From Phoronis australis (Eukaryota; Animalia; Phoronida): DNA of 64,000 nucleotides. The notes below the pieces were generated by a model that did not search any database, was not told the DNA's origin, and was given only the letters and a program-made list of their open reading frames with translations. A program made the translations under genes and the position numbers. The stretch's first letter is position 1. Every line of letters begins with the position of its first letter. This document shows, piece after piece, positions 39,417 to 51,874 of this stretch. Where the stretch lies: assembly GCA_002633005.1 (NCBI GenBank), contig NMRA01000462.1, forward strand, positions 227,594 to 291,593, written 5' to 3'.

Positions 39417-41443
39417 CCAGCCTTCCCTCTTCACTAAATTATGCTAATAAGATGTCATGTGACCCAATTAATGGCAAATTGGTAAAAAATCAAAAATCAG
39501 TTCTACAGGATTTCTACATTCACAAAATATGTACTTTTACTGGCAGATTTCCTCTTTCTTTATTTCTGAAGGGCTTTTTACATTGTTTGATTATATCTAT
39601 GGTTCATAACTCAAATTTTAGTAATAAAAGCTTTAATTTGATGCGGCATATGCAGTGTTCTTGGTTTGACCTGATTATACGAACGAACTTTCAATACATA
39701 TGTGCACTCTTAAAGTTCATTTCAAAACCTCTTAGTGTAGTTTTAAAAATAGCGTCCAGTTTGCGTATCATGTGAATATAACCTAAATATGGGATGCACA
39801 CGGTTTTATTAGAAGTCATAAACATATCAGGTTTATTGGGGTGTAACGGACAACGTGTGATACTATATTGTTCAAATGACGCATCGGGCTCAAATTTCCT
39901 GTGACTCATCGTTCGTCAGAAAATTAATTTTGAACTTGAAAATGAACTGAAATTTAATAGGCATAATGGAGAAGGGTACAGGTGTTTTAAAGAGAAAGGC
40001 ACCGTTTTTAGTGTTGCTTTTCTCAAAAACAGATTCCTAGTTATCTTGTGCAGACGTTTGCTGGTGTTCATTACTGCCTCTTTGTCGAGGATGTAGTATC
40101 TATGGAACAATAGACAGTGGCATAAATGGCGAAACAAAGGGCTGCAATCTTGTTTTGCATTCACTTTCAATGAGCAAACATGAATGACTTGCACCAATTG
40201 TTCAGTAGGGAATAGGGTGTTGTGTTTCCTCAATGGGAGTGGGTGTAGTGTCCTATTGGTGGCCTTTGGCTGTGTCATTCACATCACTTTCTATTGTTCG
40301 GTGGAAAGTAAAATACGCAACAGAGTAAGTGGAATTAAGACAGAAAAGGTGTGTTTCCAAAATAACCAGGGATTTGTATTTTACTTAATGTAACACCAAA
40401 GAGTTAGCTTCCCCTTTATGGAATCAGGACATAGCCATTTGTTAGGGTATGTTAACACAGCATTGATTACCTGTTGTTCCTAAGAATGCTTCTTCATATT
40501 TTATTTTTGCTTGGCCTACTTTATCTACCGTAAAAACTACTTAGCACCAAACAATGCTCTGCTGTGTTCCACGTTCTGTACCATAGCTACCAACAGACAG
40601 TAATTCCAAAAAATTGTGGACATTCATAACAGTGTTAGCAGGCGGTGAAAATTGAAGAAAGGTCAATTTTCACAATCAGTCTTGTCTGAAATTGGTAAGT
40701 TTTTACTGAAAACAAGAGGAAAAATGTTGTTTATGGTTTTGAATTATCCTTGACAAAATCATGGCTAATTGTAAGCTCTTGGTTGTATTAAAGAGATATT
40801 TTTCACAGTAATGAAAGCATTTTCTTGTTTGTTTTAAAAATTGAGTTTTTATTGGCTGTGAAAGCAACCGGGACTTAACCTCATTTATTTTGTGGTGGGT
40901 GCAGACGTTTTGTGGTTTAACCTATGCCATGCATAGGTTATGCTTTATAGGGCTGTTCAAGACAAATTATTTCTTTAGTTCTAAGCCGTCTGAAAAAAGA
41001 AATACTAGAACCAGACTTTTTCATTGATGTTACTACGAAAAGTGTCTTTTATGAGTCCAAAAAAATTAAAAGTAGTTCGGAAAAGGGTTTCCAATATTTG
41101 ACAACATGGCATTACAGTCGGAGGTTATAGATCGAGATGTTTGCCGTCATGGCATAGATATTTTTATGACCAATTTAACATTGAATTAACGGGATAAAAA
41201 ATTCAAGGTAAAGAAAATAGGCAAAGCATTCCATTGAGCTAAAGAACACCTAAAAGGTCCATTCTGGTCACAGTGTGACTATAGAAAATGACAAGTGTTG
41301 AGTAACTTGCCTTGTTTTAGGACTTGTGAGGAACAAAAGTTAAGTCATTCGACACCGACCTTAGTGTGAAACAGGATATCACAAGATAGTAGTCATATTC
41401 CTTAAAACCCGCTGAATATAACTTTTCGCGTATTCATTTTAGT

Positions 41444-41760
41444 GATTGATTGATTGATTTATTTAACAAGGAATCAGCAATGTAATACAATGCATCACAA
41501 TACAACATACTAAGAAAGACATACATTGAGACAAATATGATGGTGGTAAATGTAACAAAAATTAAGGACAATTGATGTACAGACGTCACGAAAAAGTAAA
41601 AAACTTATTGCCATGGTGGTATACATTATTGAAATTTGTCAGTTTAGGACTGGTGTAAGTGAGCTGTAGCCGAATTGTATTTTGTCTTAATCTCTCAATA
41701 GGAATAAATATCTTTGAAGTTTTACTTGATTGTTGATAGGTTTGTGCTTTTTTAATTCAT
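41444..41760 (-). mobile_element. 3' end fragment of a CR1/L2-like LINE
   Basis: Minus strand ends AAATAAATCAATCAATCAATC (short-repeat tail), preceded by a decayed RT C-terminal-like peptide (..IFIPIERLRQNTIRLQLTYTSPKL). Confidence 0.4.
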
Positions 41761-41781
41761 TTTTGGCAGTTACCCTGTTGG

Positions 41782-41942
41782 AAAGAATTGCAACTTAAAG
41801 GGATATCAGTTGCAAGGCCAAAGAATTGCAACTTAAAGGGATATCAGTTGCAAGGCCAAAGAATTGCAACTAAAAGGGTTATAATCAGTTGTAAGGCCAA
41901 AGAATTACAACTAAAAGGGATATTATCAGTTGTAAGGCCAAA
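41782..41942. repeat. Tandem repeat, 4 x 38-41 bp, each unit internally palindromic
   Basis: aagaattgcaacttaaagggatatcagttgcaaggcca x4; TTGCAACT/AGTTGCAA arms. Confidence 0.9.
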
Positions 41943-44768
41943 TACGCATTTTTGGGACTATTCTTGGATGGGGGACTTCTGGAACTCGTTAGCTTTGACC
42001 AGAGCCACAAAACATGAAAATTGGTAGTGTGTCTACGATTTTTTATGACAGATCGACAGTTCTAATCGTTGTCTGCCAGTCATTCCCTGAAATCAAGATC
42101 AGCGAATTTTCTGAGTTAAATGCTTTTAAAATTCTCTGCAGTTTATCGAGTGTGATTTAGCTCTGCCTACAGAATGTTAGTCTGCAACCGCAGTTGCGAT
42201 TCCACGCTGATCTCAAGAAATCACTTTTGTCGCATATAATGTCTCTTTATAGGGATGTGAGGCCATACCTCATCTCAAATGGCTGATTTAATTCAATTAA
42301 AACTTTCTGATACTGTCCGTTATCCAGTGTGCTCAAAACTCTTCTGGAATTGTTTTTAAAGTGTTCTACTTTTGCATGAATGGCTGTCAAAAATCGAACT
42401 AATAGGTTTCTATAAAAAGTTCAGAAATTGAGTTAAAACGAAAACGAGATGATTTAAAAGACTGTAACAGAGATTTCACTGTGAATATTTATATCAAAAG
42501 AAATTTGATGGTGTTATTGATACTGTTGTTTTGTTCCTTTTAGGTAAATTTTGTTTAAAAGACATGTTCACTTGATCCTCTTATGGGGAGATTGGTAGGA
42601 AGGCAAAATCAAATTCTCCTGTCTTTCTACTTTCAGAAAATATATACTTTTGCTGAATTAAATTATATCGTTCTGCAGAAATTTGGCTAAAACACGTACT
42701 TGCTGAAAAGTCCTACGTAACCTTAAATACATCTTTGTAGGCAAACAATTTTTTTTCGAAATGATAAAAAAGAAAATTACTCACCTTTGGTAATGAAACC
42801 TGATGCCAAGTTCTTTTGGTTGAAGTTCATGGAAAGGAAAGCTTCTGTTTCTTATTCTGATGTACTTTTAAGCTGTTGTGGGGTTGGCACGTGTGAGTTT
42901 TTGACTTTTGAATTGATCCCAGATTAAGTACACCACAGAGGTTGTCCTCAAACAGTATTCCTGTATCTCTGTTTCGTCTGCACTAGTTCAGCAAAAGTGC
43001 ATAAGACGCATTGGTTGACTTGGGGAAAGGGCATAGACAAGTTCAAAACATTTAAGTTATTGTTTGTTGTGGCGAATGTTAAAATTTCAATTGCACCACA
43101 CTTCATCATTCTAGTTTTGTTTGTTAGACCCTCGCATATTTACACGTGAGCACAATATGTGATGCAACCGTGCCTACAATAAAAGCTGCAAAACATCAAT
43201 GTGACGAGCTGAGTTAAACACCATTTGAAATTGCTATTGAAATTTGAACTTTTTGAAAAATGTTGATAATCGTTCAAGTTTTCACTTGTAGAATACGGGT
43301 TTTTAACGGGAAGGTTACAAATGATTTCCTTAATGGGTTGTCAGTCCTGGTTATACAATGTTATGGTTTGTAGTGGCAAGATGTTATAACGACACTTAGC
43401 AAAGTTTCCAATACTTATCATAAGGTAACTATCCTTTGATAATTGTAAAAAATGACCATTTTGGCAGTTATTTTTGTGCAAAAGAAGTGGTTAATTATGG
43501 TAAGGATCTGTCGATATCGGTGACCTTGCCTTATTTGGCTCCGTGAATAGCTATACACTCTTGCTCTGTACTGAATTGTACATGAATCGATTCTTTTGGC
43601 TCATGCGCATTCTGTCATTATAGTCGTCGTGTATCATCGGTTAAAGCGGCGCGTGACCAGCTCATTGCTTGCGAAATGTTTGGATTGGAACTTTAAAGAA
43701 TGCCTGTGAAAAACTGTGGCACTAATGAATTACTGTGTGCGATTGCGCCATTCTAGATGCCCCCTTCCCCGCCCCTCACTACATTGTTTATGATCCTCCC
43801 CTGTTTTATTGGACTGGCGTAAGGACCCTGTCCACAAATCTGTGCATTTTGTGAAATATCTGTAAAACTATGGATTAATTTAACTCTGCAAAAGTATACA
43901 TTCTCTGAAAGTGGGAATTCAGTAGAAATTGATTTTTGACTGTAACAGTCTAAGCAACTGGCTCAAAAATGATGTTACAGTTTACTAAGTTATCGTTTTG
44001 ATTTCGTTTTGGACAACTTTAAATGTTCTTAGAAATTATAGTTAAGTCTTATTTTTCGATAACAATTCATGCTAAAAGTGGAACGTTTTAAAACAATTCC
44101 TAACAGCCTTTTGAATAATAGTGTATAAACAAAATAACTGAATGTTTCACATGAATCCGATCGGCCATTTCTGAGATACAATGTTCCGAAGTTGGCCGAA
44201 ATTTTCATAAGGTCCTACATAGCCCTTACTCCAGCCACCAGGACTTCTTAGAAATCTCGTTTTTAAGCGCCCACATTTGGGGGAGCGCCTATCCCAATGT
44301 TTAACTTCCCAACTTAAGCATCTTGGGCAGAAACCCATATGAGTCCAGTAATAACTTTCATCTGGTTTTCTTTGCTCCTCGTGTTTTCTGCAGTTGGTTC
44401 AGAAGGTATCACTCACTGTTTTCTGTTAAGATCTTGTTATTCTGAGAATTAAAATATACAGGAGAGATGTCTACGTAGTTATAAAATGTATGTAAATAAT
44501 GTTTTAGGCGACACATCTGTTCATGCTTAAGTATAAATCTGACTGGTCGTAACAGATGCTGTTTTTACTATCTTTTCTGGAGAATTGCCGCTGAATTCTA
44601 TGATGTTTTATGTTGTTTTGACTGTTATGTCTTGGAGCTCTGACAAAACCTAATCAGCGTGGAAAAAAAGTAATTATCAAAATAAGGTAGTTTCGTCAAA
44701 ACATAATCTGACTTGAGCTGTGGCATAGAACATAAAAAGCATGCATTTTGTACCACTAATTTTTTATT

Positions 44769-45735
44769 ATGCGCCCACATATTTATATGTGGACGCATTA
44801 TGCCGTCATCTCCGTCCGTCCGTCCGGGCGGCGTCCGTCCGGCGTCCGCTGCTTTATCTCCAAAACCCTTTGACATACTTTCATGAAATTTGGTACATAT
44901 GTTCCATTCATGAATGGGACAGCATGTGCGAACTTTCGGACGGATCCGACTACCGGTGTGTCCCCTAGTGGCAATTTTAGTTTTTTACGCTTACCTTTGT
45001 ATCTTCAACAGTCCTGAACGGATTTTCATGAAATTTGGTATGTGGGTACCTATTAGTGAGATGACGCTATCCTCCCGTTTACAGATGGAATCGACATAGT
45101 TTGTGCCACCTAGTGGCCATTTTTAGTGTTTTCGAGTCTGATTTTGTGCGTCCACCCCTCTATCAACCAAACCGCTCAAAGGATGATTGTGAAAATTGGC
45201 ATGTATATGCTTACTGTGTAGAGGACAGTTGACGTTGGTTTTCCGACGATTTCGACTACTGTGGCGCCTCCTAGTGGCAATTTTGTTTTTTTTTGCGCCT
45301 ATGGCTGTATCTCCTAAAATGTTCGCAGGATCTTTACGAAATTGTGTAAGTATATTTATATGATGTTAACAACGGAAGATGACGACTTTTGGACGGATCC
45401 GACTACCGGTGTGCCCCCTAGTGGCAATTTTAGTTTTTTACGCTTACCTTTGTATCTTCAAAAGTCCTTAACGAATTTTCATGAAATTTGGTATGTAGGC
45501 ACCTATTAGTGCGATGACGCTATCCTCCCGTTTTCAGATGGATTCGACATAGTTTGCGCCACCTAGTGGCCATTTATACTGTTTTCGAGTCTGTATTTTT
45601 GCGTCCACCCCTCTATCAACCAAACCGCTCAAAGGATAATTGTGAAAATTGGCAAGTATGTGCTTACTATAAAGAGGACAGCTGACAATGATTTTCAGAT
45701 GATTTGGACTACTGTGGCGCCTCCTAGTGGCAGTT
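44769..45735 (+). mobile_element. HINE/DINE-1-like non-autonomous Helentron, family A, young copy truncated by the gap
   Basis: 5' hairpin ATGCGCCCACATAT..ATATGTGGACGCAT after a T-run; (CCGT)n microsatellite; internal 453-bp tandem repeat (44941 vs 45394) built of three ~150-bp subunits. Confidence 0.75.
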
Positions 45736-45736
45736 N
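45736..45736. other. Single N, probable assembly gap/join of unknown size
   Basis: The only N seen in the window. The 453-bp tandem repeat to its left stops abruptly and non-matching sequence follows. Confidence 0.8.
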
Positions 45737-45859
45737 GTGCTAATCTCGTATGTTGGTAAATTTGTTTTTAATTCTATGTTTCTGTGGTGCTTTAAGCAAC
45801 TGATGTATAGGATGTGCTTGTATTATGAAGATCACTCACATTTTGCCCCTAGCCTATTG

Positions 45860-46013
45860 AGGAGACAATGACCATGCCTTTCCATTTTGCAAAGTACAAC
45901 ATACTACATATATGCCCTCTACTGGCCACTTTATGGTACCAATAAACAACCCTAGAAGGATACCGTATACGGTGCAATTGTGGGCGCATTTCAACGCTCT
46001 GTGTTGCTCTTGT
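45860..46013 (+). mobile_element. 3' end of a HINE family A copy
   Basis: 3' subTIR TGTGGGCGCAT, then stem-loop CAACGCTCTGTGTTG and CTCTTGT, as at 38248-38282. Confidence 0.65.
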
Positions 46014-47057
46014 AAAAAGTATGATAATAAAATTCCTCTTGCTCACCAAATGGTCCTAATTTGTAGATATTGTGTTGTAATTCTAAATAATGCAACAAAA
46101 ACGATTGAAAATAGATCCTGGGAGATTTTCGTTATTTCAAGAAACCAAATAACACCCATTATCTTGTTGTTATATTAAGTGAAAGTTCTCAAGTCATCAC
46201 ATACGTTAAAAATTCTACAATTTGGGACAGTCTAAAACTTTGGGACATCAAAATTCAAGCCAAACTTAAATTTTCTTAATTCTGAACATAGGGACACAAG
46301 CGATTTTGGTGTTTATCTGTTTCCTCAAATATTGAACACTGCACTTTTGCATGCGAAAATAGACTTGGCAGTTCATACTATCGTCAAAAATACCCACAGA
46401 TGCATCACCGATGTAACACTTTCTTGTGTCCCAGTTTTGTTTAATGAGGTGAATGACCGTTTGTCATTGATTGAAATTCTTGAATTTTGGTTGGCCAGTA
46501 TTACTTGTTTCTAAAATTTCGTACAAGCTCTAACCTTGATCAAACTTGAGAATTTTCACTGTAACTGGCTGGTATTGTACAAAGGAGTTTGCCCTTTGTT
46601 ATTATTGCATTCTTTTAGTGCTAAAAAATGTAAATCCATCATCCCAGCAAGTCCCTGTCTGTCAGTTTAATACCCAACCCCTAATTTTGCAGTGCGTTAG
46701 TTTAAAAATGACTTAGGTGTTCTACAAATGACGGTGTTTTGGGGTTTTCTTGTACACCATTTGTACAATGTCCTGGGAACAGCACATGAATGGTTAATTT
46801 GTTTGTCTGTGTGGTACAATAAAGTGACCAGAAATACTGATATTGCAATTAGAATTTCACCAAACATCTTTGACAACAGCTTGCAACAAACCGTGCTAGA
46901 AATGACGCAAGATTTTCTGTCTATTTATCTATGTTTGGAAATTTGACTACAAGATTTCACTATTTTCTATGAGTTAAAGATGTTTTCTGAAATTTTACAG
47001 TGTTCTCATACTCTGGAAGTTACGTGTTATTCTAAAATACTCGTTTCCCTTTTTCAG

Positions 47058-47104
47058 GTCATCTGGAGTGTGATTAATGGCACCTTTTGTTCATTTAAAG
47101 TACA
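47058..47104 (+). CDS. MAK16: MAK16 internal coding exon (VIWSVINGTFCSFKV+CA)
   Basis: tttcccttttcAG acceptor and GTAAGT donor; 47 nt; matches the conserved MAK16 N-terminus V(I/V)W...FCS(F/Y)K and splices in frame (CA|A=Q) to the next exon. Confidence 0.9.
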
Positions 47105-49340
47105 GTAAGTTAGACATTTTCTCACTAATTCCATTTCCTGATAGTGTTCCTAATTTTCCTGGTTGTTGTAACAATTCGTAGCCTGATCGTAGCCAGATTC
47201 TAATGGCAACTTTTGACGTCCGAGGTGCTTCGCATTATTGGAAACGTCTGCCCAGTTTATGTACCCTTGCTCAGTGAAGGTGAACCAGACTTTGGACTAG
47301 TTTGCAAAAAATAAGCCACTGACTGCTGTGTTAGCTGTGCAGACGACGTGAGATCTGCTGCTTGGAGCGAGTTGTCGTCTGCTTCCAATTTTCGCTGTGC
47401 TTGTCATTTTTGCCATAGAGGAGCTGCCCTGACATGAACCCCGTTTGTTGACAGTTTTGATAAAACCCAATTATCTTTAAAGCGCTTCTGTTTTTTTTGC
47501 CATAAAAAATGGTATTCCCAACTGTATTTTTTTGTTCATTTGAACTTTTTCTCAGGTCAGTATTTTTTTAAGACAAAGGGTTTTGCTTGAGGCATTTTCG
47601 CTCGTGTAATACGATGATCCAAATACGTCTGCTCCAAATCAAGTAGTGGTTTTACATTTTTTGCGCCATTTTACATAACGCCGCCGTAATTGGTTGCTCA
47701 GCGGTAAAGAGAGGCATAATTTAGTCTGACAGCTTCAAAAAGTGGGGTCTCAGATTTTTCACTCTTTTCCGTGGTGTCCGCGTGCTCTTTAACTGATGAT
47801 AGTTTGTTTAGCGTGCGGGCAATAATCAATAATTGTATCATTCGTTTCGTTGATGAAGACATTTGTCAAGAAGTTCACAATTGACAAAACTGTTGCAAGC
47901 TACTGTGCTTTTCAAACACAATCGATGTTTATGTCCTTATCGAATCATCAATGAAAGTTCAAAGAAAAATGTTTTTAGTTAATTCTTTCCTGATTTCCGT
48001 CTTAATTTAGTTATACCTAGATGAAAATTGACAAGATTTTACATTGTTTGTCAATTTTTTTAAAACTTCTGTTATTTTGCATATTCAAAAGTAAATGTGC
48101 GTGGAATTGCCAATTATTTTCACGTGAACCTTTCTAATATATATGTTTTCAACTGGGGCTTTATGTAGACACAGTGTTGAATGTGGCTTGATGTTTGAGC
48201 CACAAGCCGGTCTAATTAATTAACATGTTTGTCTCTCAGAGGAGGAAGAAGGTGGCTTCCCAATTGGAAAAAAAAATTCTTTTCACAAACATGTTTATGA
48301 TCCACCGAATCAATGGGACTAACCACTCTTTGAAACCACACGTCATGAGCTGTTAACCAACCCGCGTCACTGTGGTCAGAGAGGTTGCGAGTACTTTTGC
48401 TAGTTAAAGCAGAAACATTCAGAGCAATTAGTCAGTTATCATAGGTGCTTGACATTTTGAACTTGGTAATGGAGAAATAAGAGTTTGTTTGTGTTGATGA
48501 GGGAGAGCAAGTGCCCCTGTGCATGTGTGGAGTTTCACCTATCTGTCTGTGTTGCGTTGTACTTCATTGTGTTCAATACACTTCAATAGGGTGTTTATGT
48601 TGAGTTGAGCTTCTTGTGAAGTTACTGAATCCTTGTTTTTTGCTTATTTTGGTTGGTTTTGAATTGTTTTGAACTGGAACTAGTAATTCTTTGCTTATTT
48701 CACAAAAAAAATTAATTTTCTATTTTTCAAAATTCCAATTGCCTTGCTGCACACACTGGAAACTTTACCAAATGCTGTTGTAGGACTCCTATATTGTACA
48801 AAGCAAGCTAACAATAGTAAATAAATAATAATTAAATTTTTTGTCGAGACGAGAAGTTTGACATAGTGAAATTTCATTTGTCCGCTGTAGTGCATGCTAA
48901 GTACATGAAGGCGAAAAATTACTGTTTATGAGTTTTCACAAAAGCCCTGAATTATTTCAAAATCTTTTTAATGGACAATTAAACTGAAAGAATTAAATGG
49001 TGTTGCAACCACTGTTTTTCTGGCGACACCAAACAAATTTTATCTGCAATTATTCTTGGCGAATGCAGACACATAGGTTTTGAAGATTTTTTGTTCCTGG
49101 ATCAAAGCTCATGATTCATGTCTCTGAGAGACGTAGAAAATTTTGGTTTAATTTGAATTTTAACTACCTTATTTGTCAAAGTGGGGTCTATCAATTTTAG
49201 AGGGAAGCCAGCAGTGCTAGTTACTGACCTTGCAGTTAGTAAAGTCTGTAAACATCAATGAAACTTTAGTTCTTAGATCCTGGATTCAGCGTGTTCTGTG
49301 TTGCCGAAGTAGAAAAACACTTTCCATGATGGTTTGACTT

Positions 49341-49690
49341 ACAGTAAAAATTCTCATGTTCCCTATTTCGAAAGCCGGGACACCAAAATTTAAGCCGAAA
49401 ATAAATTGTTTTCATTCTAAAGATAGGGACATGGATAATTTTGCCATTCATCATATTTCTAAAATATGGGACACCACATTTAGCATCAACAGTCTGACAA
49501 TAGACTTTGCAGCTCGTAAAATCATCAAAAATAGCCACCATAGTGTATACCATTGAGGTGAATGGTCATTAGTCATTGATAGAAATTCTTGAATTTAGGA
49601 TGGTCAATATTGCCTATTTGTAAAATATGATGCAAGCTTCGACCTTGAGCAAAGTAATTCACTGTCCCAAACTGGAGAAGTTGTACAGTT
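49341..49690 (+). mobile_element. TA MITE family B (~330-370 bp), representative copy
   Basis: TA|CAGTAAAAATTCTC start; shared GGGACA..AAATT and GACCTTGAGCAA..CACTGTCCCAAACTGGAGAA blocks also seen at ~19500-19790, 27865-28180 and 46203-46580. Confidence 0.55.
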
Positions 49691-50753
49691 GTGAGTGAAA
49701 ATACTGCCTGTGTGGTCTTCATGAGGTGGTGGGTTTTTTCCTAGTGTGGCAAATTTCTTCTTATCTTCCCTCTAAATTTTTGAAGAAACAGTTTTTGGAA
49801 CTTTAACTTTAAGGTAACTGAAAATCTTTGTTACCGAGGATCAAATTTCTTAGGTACATAAGTTAAAGTGTTGATCACAGAAACTTATTAATTCCAAAGA
49901 AAACATCTTGATTGCTTCTGGTCTACTGTGTTTTGGAAAATCGTTGCAATGATATGACATGTTTTAGTTGTCGATATTTTTAAAATGAAAATCACGTTAT
50001 GCCAGTTGTAACATGCCAGAATCCATCTTTTTTCTTTAAACTGTGAGGGACAACTTTCAAAATGTGTGTGTCCAGACCAAAACCAATTTTGCTTTTTGAT
50101 GTCATGTGGCGAGAAATTATGCCCAGTTGTTTGTAGTAAAGTTGCCGTGTTTTTTGTTGAAAATAGTGATTTTTCTTTCAGATGAGTGTTATCAGTACCC
50201 CCAGACTTTTTCATACACAAGTTCTGTCTCTTTACTTCATTAGATGCAAAGCTTCTGATTTGATGTTAAGAGGCACAATTAATATCAATTGAAAACATCT
50301 GGAGATTTTTTTCTTGCACATATGTTTACAATAGATCTTTAAAGAGATATTTAAGAAATTTGATCCTTGTAGCCAAATTCGTCCAGTGCTGCCTGAACAA
50401 CACTGCTTCAGCACTCATAAGCATAAGGTAAAATCTCACCTGTTTTGAACACAAATTAGTATCAGAATTGCACAATTTTTCCTTGTCAAGGCTTCTAACA
50501 GTGTTGTGAATGACTACATTTTTTTTTTCAAAATATTGTCTATTGGTGGCTGGAGTATAGAACTTGAATGTGGCAAATGATCAGTTTGGTACTATTTGTT
50601 GTTTATGAAACAATGAGAAATAAAGTTTTACCTCTCTGACCTATTATGTCCTAACTTGGTGAGATTTCATAATAGCTTCTTTAGTTATAAAACACGGCTC
50701 GTGTACCCAAAAAACTACGCTGTTACGCTTTGGTTCATTGTTTGTCGTTGCAG

Positions 50754-50863
50754 AACCAAGACCCAGAAGTTCTGTCGCAATGAATACAATCTTACTGGCT
50801 TGTGCAATCGATCTTCATGTCCGTTGGCAAACAGCCAATATGCCACCATACGAGAAGAGAGAG
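50754..50863 (+). CDS. MAK16: MAK16 internal coding exon ([36 protein letters not shown]+G)
   Basis: ttgcAG acceptor and GTAAGA donor; 110 nt; diagnostic MAK16 motif [22 protein letters not shown] (L28e/Mak16 domain, Fe-S Cys ligands). Confidence 0.97.
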
Positions 50864-51874
50864 GTAAGACGTACTTTAAAGCAGTGATGTAAGAGGTTTG
50901 CTGGTCATGACCGATAAATCTTGTTGGTAATCTACAGACTGACAGCTGTCAGTTGTTGCTTCAGGCAGGACCTCTGTATTTTACTGGGGACCTTGGGTAG
51001 AGGTTGATAAACCAATGCCCTGCAAGATCTTGATCATTTTAGAAGTCGGCACGTTTTGTTTCTGTGTTAACTTTTGATTGTTGTTGGTAATGGCATTTAT
51101 TTCAGAATGAATCGATATGACCTGTTTTTGAGGAAAACATTTCAATTTTGATAGGGTTCCTACTAGTTAAGAAAACCTGGAAAATCTGGAAAATGGAAAA
51201 AATAATTCAGATGCATGGAAAACTGGTTTCGGTAGCTCATTGAAAATTTGACATCATAAATGAAAAACTCAAAGTAGCATTTCTTATCACAAATTTGTGC
51301 GCTCTGTTGTTCTTGGTCATAATAGTCATCAGCAAAAAATAGTATGATACCTCTGCGGTTTGCAAAACTGGTGGAAAGCAAAAAAGAAAAAAACTCATGA
51401 GAAATTTGTCAAGATAATTGGAAAAACTATCATTATCGGTGCCATACTGTAAATTTGTGCATTCAGTTGTTCTCACCTGTCTGTGGGTAAACATTAGAGC
51501 TGTTTTAATACCTCTAATTTTTGTGTGAGAAACAACTTATGGAAAGTGAAGACATGTTTCGAGGAGCTGTTGGACAATGAACTCTCAAGATAAGTGAGGG
51601 TGTAAAAAACTTAATTCGGTTTAACGAGACTAAAGAATTTTTAGCCCTTCCTAAAATATGGTAACTCTCCACTTATTTCACACAAAAAATAATTGCCGAC
51701 TGTGTAATTTTTCCATTTTTTAAATGCTGATTATTTTGTTTTATGATGTCTACGCAGCATAAACTATGCTAGTAATAGACTTATATTTTCTTATTGACTC
51801 ATGAAAGTTCGCTTTCCTACTGTATAATTATGCTTTAAATAAAGTTGAACGAACCGTCCAAAGAAAATAGCATA

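Noticed and set aside
41782-41942. CRISPR-like array (palindromic ~38-bp repeats)
   Set aside because: Units are directly adjacent with no unique spacers, there are no cas genes, and the context is eukaryotic. The same applies to the 44-bp repeat at 53738.
50656-50892. Stand-alone 78-aa ORF from the track
   Set aside because: It is a MAK16 exon (50754-50863) plus intronic read-through. Likewise, the other 60-130-aa ORFs in the track lie in repeats or introns and show no homology I can recognise.
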